DNA of 64,000 nt. Origin: Nitrosopumilus sp. LS_AOA (GTDB lineage: Archaea; Thermoproteota; Nitrososphaeria; Nitrososphaerales; Nitrosopumilaceae). Each line of letters begins with the position of its first letter. The first letter of the stretch is position 1. The translations under genes and the position numbers were made by a program. The stretch is from contig LFLC01000057.1 of assembly GCA_001543015.1 (NCBI GenBank), positions 27,457 to 91,456 on the forward strand. The letters run 5' to 3'. The notes under the pieces are model-generated. The model made no database searches, had not been told where the DNA came from, and was given only the letters and a program-made list of their open reading frames with translations. Positions 37,805-47,490 of this stretch are shown in pieces.

Positions 37805-38452
37805 ATGATGGGTGATAGAGATTATCGAACTATTATTCAAAGTGCTCTAAGATCGATTGGTAAAGAATTAGAAATTGATATAGATTCTAAGGATATTCAA
37901 ACTATTCATCTTCAAGAAGTGGTTCAATGTCTTAGAAGGTCATATTATGATAGAATTGATCCTGAAGAGATTGAAAGAAGAGGGTTCAACGAGCTTCTAA
38001 CAGGATTACTCAGAAAATTAGAATATGGTAGTGAGCCTAAAATTTTTGAAATTGATGATATTAAACTAAAGGGCCAAGTCGATATGCTAGTAGATGATTC
38101 TATTTTATTATTCAGATCAGCATCTACGGAATTAGAAAATCCTCTTGCAAATGATGTTTTGTATCTTAATGCATGTTTGTGGATATATGGAAAAGATGAT
38201 GGAATTATTGTTTACATTACAGCAGATAAAAAAGAAACAACTTTTTCATTAACCCGAAACAAAAAGATGTTTGAGGAAGTAGTTAGAAGAGTTCGAGTTC
38301 TCAATGATCTTCTAAAGGAAGAAAAAACACCAATCTTGGAACCATCAACTGAATGTTCTGAATGCCAATATTATGAAAGATGTTTTATGAAAAGAAGACA
38401 TTCCAAACAAATTTCTCTTGCAGAAATGATGGGAATGGGTAAGAAAGATTAG
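37805..38452 (+). CDS. Solo Cas4-like PD-(D/E)xK protein with an Fe-S Cys motif
   Basis: QCLRRSYY...CSECQYYERC four-Cys arrangement; GQVD motif II. Confidence 0.75.
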   Translation: MMGDRDYRTIIQSALRSIGKELEIDIDSKDIQTIHLQEVVQCLRRSYYDRIDPEEIERRGFNELLTGLLRKLEYGSEPKIFEIDDIKLKGQVDMLVDDSILLFRSASTELENPLANDVLYLNACLWIYGKDDGIIVYITADKKETTFSLTRNKKMFEEVVRRVRVLNDLLKEEKTPILEPSTECSECQYYERCFMKRRHSKQISLAEMMGMGKKD

Positions 38453-38475
38453 TTTAGAAAAATGAAAAATATTGT

Positions 38476-38492
38476 AAAGGAAAAATTCCTTT
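38476..38492. terminator. Short inverted repeat AAAGGAA-N3-TTCCTTT between convergent genes, followed by T-tracts on the minus strand
   Basis: Visible in sequence. Confidence 0.35.
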
Positions 38493-38494
38493 GG

Positions 38495-38605
38495 TTAATC
38501 TAGTGGTTCTGGGTGACCTTTACCACGAAGAGCGAAACACACTATTGCTAGTGCAATTGCGACTCCAGCTGTTGCGCCAAATGCGGCTATTCCTGCTTCT
38601 GCCAT
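38495..38605 (-). CDS. 36-aa single-TM microprotein
   Basis: MAEAGIAAFGATAGVAIALAIVCFALRGKGHPEPLD; GC-rich compared with its flanks; TTATAAAA about 25-32 nt upstream. Confidence 0.7.
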   Translation of the reverse strand: MAEAGIAAFGATAGVAIALAIVCFALRGKGHPEPLD

Positions 38606-38707
38606 TTGATAAAAAACAACTTTACGGGCTTTTATAACTTTGCCAATATTTTGTGTTTAAAAACAAACTATCGTAAAATTATAATTTTGTGATACTATTG
38701 ATGTTTC

Positions 38708-39259
38708 TTATGGAAATTCGAATTGAAGTATATTTTCTTGACCACTTGTCATAGAACTGAGATTATAAAATACATCACCAGTAACTCTCCATGTTGGAGA
38801 ATCACTTTTTAGGATATTCCATAACTCTGGATCAGTTTCATGGCTCTTAAATTCAATATTTTCTTTTAGGACAATTGCGTTATTTCCAAGTAGAGTATAA
38901 TAATTTGAACCAAATTCTAACATTGCCGTAGGTCTACTTCCAATTTCACCACCTGTAATTTGTTCATCATCAGAATAAGTTGTTTCATACAATCGATATT
39001 GTAGTGATTCAACAATAACAGCACGTGGATTTGGGTTTACAACTTTGAAAGCAATCTTAATTGTAGCACTTCTTTCTGTAATTTTATCAACCGATAAAAT
39101 TTGCAATTCAATTTCAAGAGGTTTGACTTTGAGAACATTTGGATCATCTGACGGATTTTGAGTTCCTGTAACCGCCATTTCAGGTCCAGCTAAAAGAATT
39201 CCAGCGAAAGCTAAACCGAGTATCCCAACTGCAGCAAATACAAAGACTTTAGAATTCAA
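38708..39259 (-). CDS. Membrane-anchored LEA_2/WHy-like protein
   Basis: N-terminal TM; FKVVNPNP..VIVESLQY pattern. Confidence 0.65.
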   Translation of the reverse strand: MNSKVFVFAAVGILGLAFAGILLAGPEMAVTGTQNPSDDPNVLKVKPLEIELQILSVDKITERSATIKIAFKVVNPNPRAVIVESLQYRLYETTYSDDEQITGGEIGSRPTAMLEFGSNYYTLLGNNAIVLKENIEFKSHETDPELWNILKSDSPTWRVTGDVFYNLSSMTSGQENILQFEFP

Positions 39260-39311
39260 TATTTTTACAAACCCTCTTGATATCTTAAATGTTAAGATAG
39301 TTATTATACCA

Positions 39312-39680
39312 TTGGACGCTAAAAAATTTATGCAGTATTTTCAAGCAGTACAAAAAGGAAAACAGATTGCAAACAAATCACAAATGAAGTTATTTGATAT
39401 TGCTGGATTTGCAATGTTAACATTGACTACCAAAAAAGTCGATGGTAATTTTCTACCAGTTGGAGAAGAAGAATTTACTGCTGTAATTAATTCTCCAGAG
39501 GGATATGTTGCAATAATTACTGATAAAGACGGATTCACAAAAACTCAATCAAAAGCAATGCAAAAAGAAGAGGCATTATCAATTTTTAAAAAACTCAGAG
39601 AAGAGGGAATGGATGAATATCCAGAAAAAGAGATTCAAATTTGGTCTGAATCAAGGCCAACAGTTCAAAACGAACTTTAA
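39312..39680 (+). CDS. Hypothetical protein
   Basis: 122-aa ORF with typical codon usage that fills the gap. Confidence 0.65.
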   Translation: MDAKKFMQYFQAVQKGKQIANKSQMKLFDIAGFAMLTLTTKKVDGNFLPVGEEEFTAVINSPEGYVAIITDKDGFTKTQSKAMQKEEALSIFKKLREEGMDEYPEKEIQIWSESRPTVQNEL

Positions 39681-39686
39681 GAAAAA

Positions 39687-40370
39687 TTACTTTGAAGGAA
39701 GAATAATTTCAGTTCCTACAATACCACCTTTAATGGCTTTTTCAATATTTTTTGTGGTAGCTTTGAGAATAACTGTCTTAATTTTTGAGCGTTCAATTAT
39801 TTTTAGAGCAACAATATCCATCAAATCATATCCTCCTGCGACAGAGTCCTCATGAATTAACATATTTTTTAAATTTCTTAATTCAATTCGTTTGAATTTT
39901 TTTGCTTTTTTGAATTTATTTGGATCCATATCATAAACGCCATCAACGTCAGTAGCATTGATGAATTGTTCAGCATGTACTTTTTCTGCAATTAATGCTG
40001 CAGTGCCATTAGTACTTTGACCAGGATGTAAACCGCCTGCAACTACAATTAGGCCGTCATCGACTGCATGTCTGATTTCTTGTAAAGTTGTTGGAGGATG
40101 TGAATATGCTTTATTTTTGAGGGCATAAATCAATAATTTCGCATTAAGTCTAGAAATTTCAATTCCAAGTTCATCAAGAGTAGATTCATCAGCACCAGAG
40201 GATCTAGCATGAGAAATGTAATGTCTTGCAATATTTCCTCCGCCAGCAACTACAATTGGTTGGCAAATTTTACTGATTTTTACTAGAAACTCAGCATAGT
40301 CTTTTAGTGCCTTAACATTATCCATGGCAAAAACCTTTCCAGATAATTTGATTACAATTCTTTTTTTCAC
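39687..40370 (-). CDS. pyrH: UMP kinase
   Basis: [27 protein letters not shown]. Confidence 0.95.
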   Translation of the reverse strand: MKKRIVIKLSGKVFAMDNVKALKDYAEFLVKISKICQPIVVAGGGNIARHYISHARSSGADESTLDELGIEISRLNAKLLIYALKNKAYSHPPTTLQEIRHAVDDGLIVVAGGLHPGQSTNGTAALIAEKVHAEQFINATDVDGVYDMDPNKFKKAKKFKRIELRNLKNMLIHEDSVAGGYDLMDIVALKIIERSKIKTVILKATTKNIEKAIKGGIVGTEIILPSK

Positions 40371-41602
40371 TTTAGTTCACCTAGGATAGATTTTGCGGCA
40401 ATTTCAACTTTTTTCCTGTTTTTTTGGTGTGTGTAGATTCTAAGAATATTCATAAATCCAGAAATGGCTGAAACCACAGGTATTTGAGAAATTGGCATCT
40501 CTTTTGCGGTAGATTTTCCATTCTCATTTGTAATTAAAATTATTGATGTTGACTCATTTTTTGATGGGGCTAAAGGAATTGATGGAGTTACAGAGCTATC
40601 AACAAAAATTTCACTCTCATCAATTTTTGATTTTTTTGAAATTGATGTTCGAAGTTCGTCAGTTCGTATTTTTTTCAAATTTGCTTTACCTGTCAATATT
40701 CTCTCAAATACACATTTTAGTAATTTTCTGTTTTGATAATCTTCTGCTAATTGCCTAGCACGTTTTAGTTTTGATGATTTTGATGAAATTAATGTAGATA
40801 AAACGTATTCATCTGTTAGATTAACAAATTCATTTACATTAAGATTAGTAAAACCAAATTCGTCATCAGATAATCTTAATGCTTCAAGTAACATTACTTC
40901 AGCTGCTCTAACAGTTTTATGAAAATATACAGCTTTGAACATTTGATATCTTGAATGCATCATTGATTCAAAAGAGTACAATGCAGAACGCTCCAGAGCT
41001 AATTTTTTCTTATGAACATCAAGGGATTGTGTAATTCTTTTATGATCAATTCTGGCATGTTCTGCACCTGTAAAATAACCATCTCGAAGTAAATAATCCA
41101 TCATATCTGCACTTAATGCACCTGAAACAATTTCATTCATGTACTGAAATTTAGAATCTCCAAAAGCAATTTTTGTAATGAGTTTCTTATCAAACCCATT
41201 TTTAGATAAACTATCACCAATTTCAGATTTTAAAATGATTTCTTTACCAAAATATTCATGTGAGATTTTTTTTTCTTGAATTATTTCTTCAAAAAGATGT
41301 GAAAATGGACCATGCCCTATATCATGTAAGAGACCAGATAATCTAAGAGTTTCAATATCATCGGATTTTAAAATTCCTTTTTCATGTAATGCGTGACCTG
41401 CTTGACTAGCAATGTGCATCACACCCAAAGAATGTTCAAATCTTGTATGTTGAGCCGCAGGATATGTTAAATGGGCACCAGATAATTGCCTAATTCGTCT
41501 TAGTCTCTGAAAAATAGGATTATCAATAATTGATAGTTCATGATCATATACACGAATAAAATCATGGATTGGATCAATTATGTCTAAATGATTTTTTTTC
41601 AT
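40367..41602 (-). CDS. HD-domain phosphohydrolase (dNTP triphosphohydrolase/SAMHD1-like)
   Basis: [40 protein letters not shown]. Confidence 0.9.
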   Translation of the reverse strand: MKKNHLDIIDPIHDFIRVYDHELSIIDNPIFQRLRRIRQLSGAHLTYPAAQHTRFEHSLGVMHIASQAGHALHEKGILKSDDIETLRLSGLLHDIGHGPFSHLFEEIIQEKKISHEYFGKEIILKSEIGDSLSKNGFDKKLITKIAFGDSKFQYMNEIVSGALSADMMDYLLRDGYFTGAEHARIDHKRITQSLDVHKKKLALERSALYSFESMMHSRYQMFKAVYFHKTVRAAEVMLLEALRLSDDEFGFTNLNVNEFVNLTDEYVLSTLISSKSSKLKRARQLAEDYQNRKLLKCVFERILTGKANLKKIRTDELRTSISKKSKIDESEIFVDSSVTPSIPLAPSKNESTSIILITNENGKSTAKEMPISQIPVVSAISGFMNILRIYTHQKNRKKVEIAAKSILGELK

Positions 41603-42180
41603 ATTCCTATTTTCTTTGAAAATATTTTTAAAATTTCTTCATGAACTTCTTGTTTTGTTTTTGATGCATTAATTATTTTCCAATGTTTTTTCTTGGCGAC
41701 TGTACGATAAATTTTTGAGATTTTTCTTAAGAATTCCTCATTTTTTTCAAATTTGTCTCTATGAGTTTTCTGTCTATGAAATGATTCTTTTTGGGTAACA
41801 TCAAGTAAAATTACAAGATCAGCTTTTGGTAGACCAATATCTAAATTCTCAAGCCATTTTGATTTCATTCCATTGGCCATTCCATAAACCAAGTTAGAAT
41901 GATAATATCTATTCATAATTAGAACAGAATTTTTGTCTTGTGCAGTTTTAATTTGATCTAGTTTCTCCCATCTATTTGCAGCCAACAAACAATGAATCAC
42001 TTGAGGAGGGAATTTTCTTTTCCCATCTAGATATTTTCTAATTTCTTTTCCTATTGGAGTGTCATAATCAGGAAAATGAAATAATTTTGTTTTGATCTTT
42101 CTTTTTCTGAGAGCTTTTTCCAATAGAGTTGACTGTGTTAATTTTCCTGCCTGATCTCCTCCTTCAATTACAATTATCAT
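41599..42180 (-). CDS. tmk: Thymidylate kinase
   Basis: IEGGDQAGKLTQ P-loop, NRY..S..VY. Confidence 0.92.
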   Translation of the reverse strand: MIIVIEGGDQAGKLTQSTLLEKALRKRKIKTKLFHFPDYDTPIGKEIRKYLDGKRKFPPQVIHCLLAANRWEKLDQIKTAQDKNSVLIMNRYYHSNLVYGMANGMKSKWLENLDIGLPKADLVILLDVTQKESFHRQKTHRDKFEKNEEFLRKISKIYRTVAKKKHWKIINASKTKQEVHEEILKIFSKKIGI

Positions 42181-42272
42181 AAGATACTAAAATAGAGAAA
42201 TTTATTGATTAAAAATCTATCATGTTTAATAATTTGCGAATTGTTTAATATCTCCTTTTTCAATTTCTAATT

Positions 42273-42389
42273 ATGGCAGAACAATATTCATGTCCTTATT
42301 GTGAATCAATTTTTGAGAGTAAAGAAGATCTTTCAAAACATATTGATAGAATTCATGGTGATTCTGGAATTCTTGAGGGTGCAAGATAA
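42273..42389 (+). CDS. 38-aa C2H2 zinc-finger microprotein
   Basis: MAEQYSCPYCESIFESKEDLSKHIDRIHGDSGILEGAR: C-x2-C-x3-F-x5-L-x2-H-x4-H. Confidence 0.8.
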   Translation: MAEQYSCPYCESIFESKEDLSKHIDRIHGDSGILEGAR

Positions 42390-42472
42390 ATCTAAACTCA
42401 TCTAATTTTTCTAAAAAATTTTAGTTTATACCTGTCAAGATTTATAACCAAAAATTGCAAATAAAACACAAA

Positions 42473-42853
42473 ATGGGTCTAGTTAAAGAAGTAATTAAAG
42501 AAATTGGAAACAAATCAAGAGAATTTTATGAATTTGTTTTACCACCAATTGATATGTATCTAACAGAAGATAATCTCAAAATAATAATTGATATTCCTGG
42601 ATTTGCCAAAAAAGATATTGAACTAACTTTATGTGGAGATCTTCTTTCTATCAAAGCAGAAAAAGAAATTCAGAAAAAAGAATCTGATTCTCTAATCTGT
42701 AACCAAAGACCTAATGTGATTGATAAAAAAGTTAGACTTCCAATAGATATCAAAGTAGGTGAAGAAAAAATAGAATCTGCAAAATATGTAGAGGGTATTC
42801 TTACACTAGTAATTCCTTTCACAAAAAGTGGAAAAAATATCTCAATTGATTAG
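42473..42853 (+). CDS. Small heat-shock protein (Hsp20)
   Basis: PPIDMY...DIPG...AKYVEGILTL alpha-crystallin domain; start MGLVK. Confidence 0.9.
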   Translation: MGLVKEVIKEIGNKSREFYEFVLPPIDMYLTEDNLKIIIDIPGFAKKDIELTLCGDLLSIKAEKEIQKKESDSLICNQRPNVIDKKVRLPIDIKVGEEKIESAKYVEGILTLVIPFTKSGKNISID

Positions 42854-42856
42854 AAA

Positions 42857-44404
42857 TTAATATCTTCTAAAAAATCCTGAAACTATCATGATTAAACCAG
42901 AACTAATCATACCTAAAATACCAAGGGATTCATTTGATTGAAATAAAAATGCAGAGCCAAGAAAAATTGCAGATGCAAAAATACTTCCACTGACTAGTAC
43001 CATAGGTTTTCTTTTTTTCATAAAAATTTGAACTTCAGTCATGAGTTCTTTCATTTCAGGTCCAAGTCTCAAAGCAGTTTCAATTGATTTTGAAAAGTTA
43101 TCAAAAGATATCTTTAATTCTTCAACATATGCTCGTGGGATTAAATTTTCTTCTTCAAGAATCTTTTTCAAAACTTTAACAAATTTAAAATCGACATCGT
43201 GTGTTTTGTAAATTCCTTCAATTATAGATGCCATTCTCATATACAAAGCTAAATTTTTTGGTAATACGAATGGAAATTTACTCATAGTTTGATTTGCAAG
43301 TTCCATTAGACTTTGAACTTCCATTTCATCTGGTTTGTTTCCATGCATAGCACGAATCGAAAGCTCAATACCCTTCTCTATTACCATTCTATTGTATCCT
43401 GGCGTAAGCATTCTAAGATCAATCATTGCGTTTACCACTCTAGAAGGATTTTTTTCAACTAGTGCAAGATATAATCGAATTAGTTTGAGTCTAGTTTCAT
43501 TATTAATTCGTCCAACCATTCCAAAATCATACAAAATGAGTTTGCCATCATTAGTTACTGAGATATTTCCAGGATGAGGATCGGCATGAAAAACTGAATA
43601 TTTTAGAAGCATAGTAAAAAAGACCTTGTGAACTTCAATGACTAGTTGTTCTCTATCTATTCCCTTTTCATTTAATGCACGCACATTTGTCACTTTAATG
43701 CCTGGAAGATACTCCATTGTTAGAACATTTTTGGAGGAAAAATCATCAAAAACAGTTGGAATAATTACTTTATGGTTTGTCTCCATGTCTTTTTTGATTT
43801 TTTTGAGGTTTTCAGATTCTATAGTATAATCCATTTCTTCATGAATACTTTCAATAAATTGAGAAAGCATAGCCTCTGCTGAATAACGCAAATTTGGATC
43901 AACAAATCTTAATGCTAATGGAAGAATTTTTTTTAAAACTTTAAGATCTTTTGCTACAACTTTTTCAATTCCTGGTCTTTTTACTTTGATTGCAACTTGT
44001 TGACCGGAGATAGAACCCAAGTAAACTTGTCCTAATGATGCACCTGAAATAGATTCAGGATTAATTTCATCAAATTTTTCATTAATAGGTCCAAGATCTT
44101 TTTCAATAATTGGCTTCACTTGATCAAATGGAGCAGCAGGAACACTATCTTGAAGTTTTGCGAGTTCTTCCAAATATGGTTGAGGTAAAATATCTGCTCT
44201 AGAAGATAACCATTGTCCTAATTTTATGTACACTGGACCTAAAGTAAGGAATGTGTCAAGTACTTTACGAGCATTTTTTCTGAATTTTTCTAAATCGATT
44301 TCATTTCCTTCTTGATTGATCCATTTCTTTCGATCTCTACGTAAAGCAAAGACTGATGGTAGTAATTTAACAAGCACTTGAATTGTTCTAACAATAGTCA
44401 TCAT
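42857..44404 (-). CDS. ABC1/UbiB-family atypical kinase
   Basis: IKLGQ, ASLGQVY, VAIKV, HADPHPGN, DFGM. Confidence 0.93.
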   Translation of the reverse strand: MMTIVRTIQVLVKLLPSVFALRRDRKKWINQEGNEIDLEKFRKNARKVLDTFLTLGPVYIKLGQWLSSRADILPQPYLEELAKLQDSVPAAPFDQVKPIIEKDLGPINEKFDEINPESISGASLGQVYLGSISGQQVAIKVKRPGIEKVVAKDLKVLKKILPLALRFVDPNLRYSAEAMLSQFIESIHEEMDYTIESENLKKIKKDMETNHKVIIPTVFDDFSSKNVLTMEYLPGIKVTNVRALNEKGIDREQLVIEVHKVFFTMLLKYSVFHADPHPGNISVTNDGKLILYDFGMVGRINNETRLKLIRLYLALVEKNPSRVVNAMIDLRMLTPGYNRMVIEKGIELSIRAMHGNKPDEMEVQSLMELANQTMSKFPFVLPKNLALYMRMASIIEGIYKTHDVDFKFVKVLKKILEEENLIPRAYVEELKISFDNFSKSIETALRLGPEMKELMTEVQIFMKKRKPMVLVSGSIFASAIFLGSAFLFQSNESLGILGMISSGLIMIVSGFFRRY

Positions 44405-44814
44405 TTTTTCTCCAAATAATTTTTAATTTTTTTAGTTGCTACATATCCCAAATATCCAGAAACAATTGATGATGTTAATGTAGAAGCAATAACAGATTTT
44501 TTTGATTTTTTATTAAAAGTTTTTTTTATAGTATGAGAACCTGCAAAAATTGCACATGCCAAACCAATCAAAACTTCTGGTGCATCATATACCAAATGAC
44601 CAATTGGATCTTGTCTAGGATCAATTTTATCAGTGTGAACTAAATAATTTTCACCATATTCTCTAATGTGTAAATTACCATATCGATATTGTTTTTGTGC
44701 TCCATTTTTTTGTCCAAGAAATGTTTCTTCTGCTTTTTCTAGCATGAATTCTCTTAATTCCTTTGGAACTTCAATTTCATCCCCAGGCATAATCGCAAGA
44801 TCAGGCAATTGCAT
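44401..44814 (-). CDS. Hypothetical protein
   Basis: HIREY...VHTD..DP..DPIGHL; overlaps the start of the next gene (coupled). Confidence 0.7.
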   Translation of the reverse strand: MQLPDLAIMPGDEIEVPKELREFMLEKAEETFLGQKNGAQKQYRYGNLHIREYGENYLVHTDKIDPRQDPIGHLVYDAPEVLIGLACAIFAGSHTIKKTFNKKSKKSVIASTLTSSIVSGYLGYVATKKIKNYLEKK

Positions 44815-44860
44815 ATAATCTTACAGGATTAATGTGAACCTAACTTAGTCAAAAAAATAA

Positions 44861-45052
44861 TTAAGATTCCTTTATTCTATCTTTTGTAAACAAAACAAAA
44901 CTACCCAAAAAAGCAGCTAACATTCCAATTCCTGGAATATATGCATAGTTGAATCCAACATCAGGATGAACTTGTTGATGATAGTAATTAATGAAAAGTG
45001 TAATTACCAACAATACGACTCCAATGATTGTTAATTTTTGATGTATTTCCAA
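44861..45052 (-). CDS. Small two-TM membrane protein
   Basis: 63 aa, hydrophobic pattern. Confidence 0.6.
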   Translation of the reverse strand: MEIHQKLTIIGVVLLVITLFINYYHQQVHPDVGFNYAYIPGIGMLAAFLGSFVLFTKDRIKES

Positions 45053-45117
45053 TGATTATGACTTTGTTAATTACTATATGAATTTAGAAAAAAAATAAAA
45101 ATATTAATTATGAATAA

Positions 45118-45450
45118 TTAAGGTTCAGATTTAATTTGAGATAATTTTTGTATTACTTGTTCAAGTTCTGCACCGTTTTCAGTAATTACTTGATTAATTA
45201 CTTCAATCTCATCTGTTAGTTGTTCTAAATGGATGTTATCAGAATTTTGAATTTGTAATTCAAGTTCTTTTAACATTTCTAGATTGAATTGATTAATTTT
45301 TTCTAATTCAATTTTGTATTTCTCTAATTTCTCATATTGATTAGAGATTTCAAAAATATCAATAATTTCTTGATTTGTTACAAAACCTACAAAAATTACA
45401 ATACCACCTACAACTAAAACTCCAAGAAGGACAATAATACTTAATCTCAA
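45118..45450 (-). CDS. Membrane-anchored coiled-coil protein
   Basis: N-terminal TM plus E/Q/L-rich heptads. Confidence 0.6.
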   Translation of the reverse strand: MRLSIIVLLGVLVVGGIVIFVGFVTNQEIIDIFEISNQYEKLEKYKIELEKINQFNLEMLKELELQIQNSDNIHLEQLTDEIEVINQVITENGAELEQVIQKLSQIKSEP

Positions 45451-45481
45451 CTAATCTACCTCTATATTTTAGATTAAAAAT

Positions 45482-46786
45482 TTAGTTATTTTGTTCTATT
45501 ATTGTTTTTTTACGCCTACGCATTAAATAAATTCCCACACCAATTGCAATTACAATTGGAATGATTACAAATGTAGAGTCAGAACTTTCATCATCATTTG
45601 AGACTTCTTTAAGAAACACAGTTGTATCATAAGTTAAAAAGATCTCATCTCTTACAACATCTTTGTATCTAACAGTAATGGTAATGTCATGTTCTCCATA
45701 TCTTGATTCGCCTTCAAATTCAATTGGAATGTTAAATGGTACTGGTGCATCAGTCTCAATTTCATCAATAAATTGTGTATTTGATTTTATATTGGAATTT
45801 TTATCAGAGTCAACTGTGACAAAACCAAACAATCCATCTTCATTTCCTTCATTAATTATTTCTCCAATTATCATTTGTGTGCCTGATAATTCTATTACAT
45901 CTACATTGAAAACCCTAAGATCAATTAATCCTTTAATGTAAAAATCAACTATTTTTGAAATCTCATGTTTATCACCATGTGCATTATAATATGAAATTAA
46001 CAAAGGTATTCTTAATGTATCGCCTTTTAGTCCTTCAGGAACATATACTGTTGCAGTAAGATGTTTCGATGATTTTGGATCAATATTTCCAATATCCCAA
46101 CTTGATTTTAAAATTACAACATTTTCGATATTGGTAGTTGATGATGATGTTGATGCAAGTTCTGTTGAAGTATTAGTTGCAGTAATATCTACACTAGAAA
46201 TTGGAGCTGTTCCATCATTTGCAATTTCAATTATTATGTCATTTGATTTTAATGATGTAAGGAATGGTTCTAGTGCTCGTACATTTATCACACTATCACC
46301 TGTTACCTTAAAGGTGAAATCTTCAAATGATGTTCTAATTCCAGATTCTCTTAATCTAGAATAATCAACTTTTACAGTTCCAGGGTATTGCTGAATGTTT
46401 ACATTCTTATCTAAATTAACAAAAAATGTTAAATGGAAATTATCACCTGCATCAGAATTAGAATTACTATCAGCACGAATAATTGATCCAGGTCCATCAG
46501 ATGCTGAAAATCCTAAGGGTAAAGACAGTTGACCTTTAATTCCAGTAATATCTTGAGTTCCTACATTTGCAAATACGACTGTAAATGGTACATTACTATC
46601 ACCTGCATCGATTTCTATTTTATCATCTAATGTTCCAAAATATGCATCTAATAATTTGACATCTCCAAAATCCCTTTCAAAAGGAGAATTACCAAAACCA
46701 CCAGATGTAATTTGTGCAAAAGAGTCTTCAAAAATTATTGGAGTTAATACAAATGAAAATAATATTAACAAAAATTTTAGATTCAT
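45482..46786 (-). CDS. COG1361-type S-layer/Ig-like domain protein
   Basis: Signal peptide, repeated NxG beta-sandwich motifs, C-terminal TM+RRRKK; in an operon with the ABC genes. Confidence 0.75.
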   Translation of the reverse strand: MNLKFLLILFSFVLTPIIFEDSFAQITSGGFGNSPFERDFGDVKLLDAYFGTLDDKIEIDAGDSNVPFTVVFANVGTQDITGIKGQLSLPLGFSASDGPGSIIRADSNSNSDAGDNFHLTFFVNLDKNVNIQQYPGTVKVDYSRLRESGIRTSFEDFTFKVTGDSVINVRALEPFLTSLKSNDIIIEIANDGTAPISSVDITATNTSTELASTSSSTTNIENVVILKSSWDIGNIDPKSSKHLTATVYVPEGLKGDTLRIPLLISYYNAHGDKHEISKIVDFYIKGLIDLRVFNVDVIELSGTQMIIGEIINEGNEDGLFGFVTVDSDKNSNIKSNTQFIDEIETDAPVPFNIPIEFEGESRYGEHDITITVRYKDVVRDEIFLTYDTTVFLKEVSNDDESSDSTFVIIPIVIAIGVGIYLMRRRKKTIIEQNN

Positions 46787-47490
46787 TATACTAAAACCTC
46801 AATTTCTGATGGCTGATCACCCTCAAAGGCTCTACCGTCTTTAATTGTAATTATTTTATCTACATCACCAAAGGTCTCTTTCTCGTGTGTAACTATAATG
46901 AATGTTTGATTGAGTTTTTTTGCCATGGATTTCATTAGTTGAACTATTGTATCAGATGTTACAGAATCAAGATTTCCAGTTGGTTCATCAGCTAAAACAA
47001 TTGAAGGTTTATTGATTAATCCTCTTGCAATTGCTGCTCTTTGTGCTTGACCGCCTGAAATCTTGTTTGCACGTTTATACATTTGATCTTCAAGTCCAAC
47101 TGCTTTTAACAAATCTCTAGCATCTTTATCAGCAGAACCGTTAGTTCCAGCAATTTGTCTTGGTAACAATACATTTTCCAATACGGATAGATCATTTAGT
47201 AAATTTGAAAATTGAAAAATAAATCCTAATTTTTTATTTCTAAATGATGAAATTTCATTATCACCAAGTGTTGTAGTATCAATACCATCAATGAAGACTT
47301 TGCCATGTGTTGGATTATCTAATAGTCCAATCATGTTAAGTAATGTTGATTTGCCAGAACCAGAACTTCCAACAATTAAAACAATTTCTCCCTGTTCAAT
47401 TGAAAGCGATACATCATCAAGAGCTTTTACTTGATTGGCTCCATCGCCATAAATTTTACTTAGATTATTGATTTCAAGTACTCTAGACAG
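46786..47490 (-). CDS. LolD/MacB-type ABC ATPase with a probable CTG start
   Basis: Walker A GSSGSGKST lies upstream of the ORF-track Met (47334); the frame is open to CTG at 47490, which has a GGAGGCGAT SD-like sequence upstream. Confidence 0.85.
   Translation of the reverse strand: MSRVLEINNLSKIYGDGANQVKALDDVSLSIEQGEIVLIVGSSGSGKSTLLNMIGLLDNPTHGKVFIDGIDTTTLGDNEISSFRNKKLGFIFQFSNLLNDLSVLENVLLPRQIAGTNGSADKDARDLLKAVGLEDQMYKRANKISGGQAQRAAIARGLINKPSIVLADEPTGNLDSVTSDTIVQLMKSMAKKLNQTFIIVTHEKETFGDVDKIITIKDGRAFEGDQPSEIEVLV

Noticed and set aside
38495..38605. GC-rich intergenic patch as a tRNA/ncRNA
   Set aside because: No cloverleaf or T-loop motif; a clean ORF with a TM helix explains it better
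37805..38700. CRISPR-Cas locus around the Cas4-like gene
   Set aside because: No repeat-spacer array or other cas genes seen
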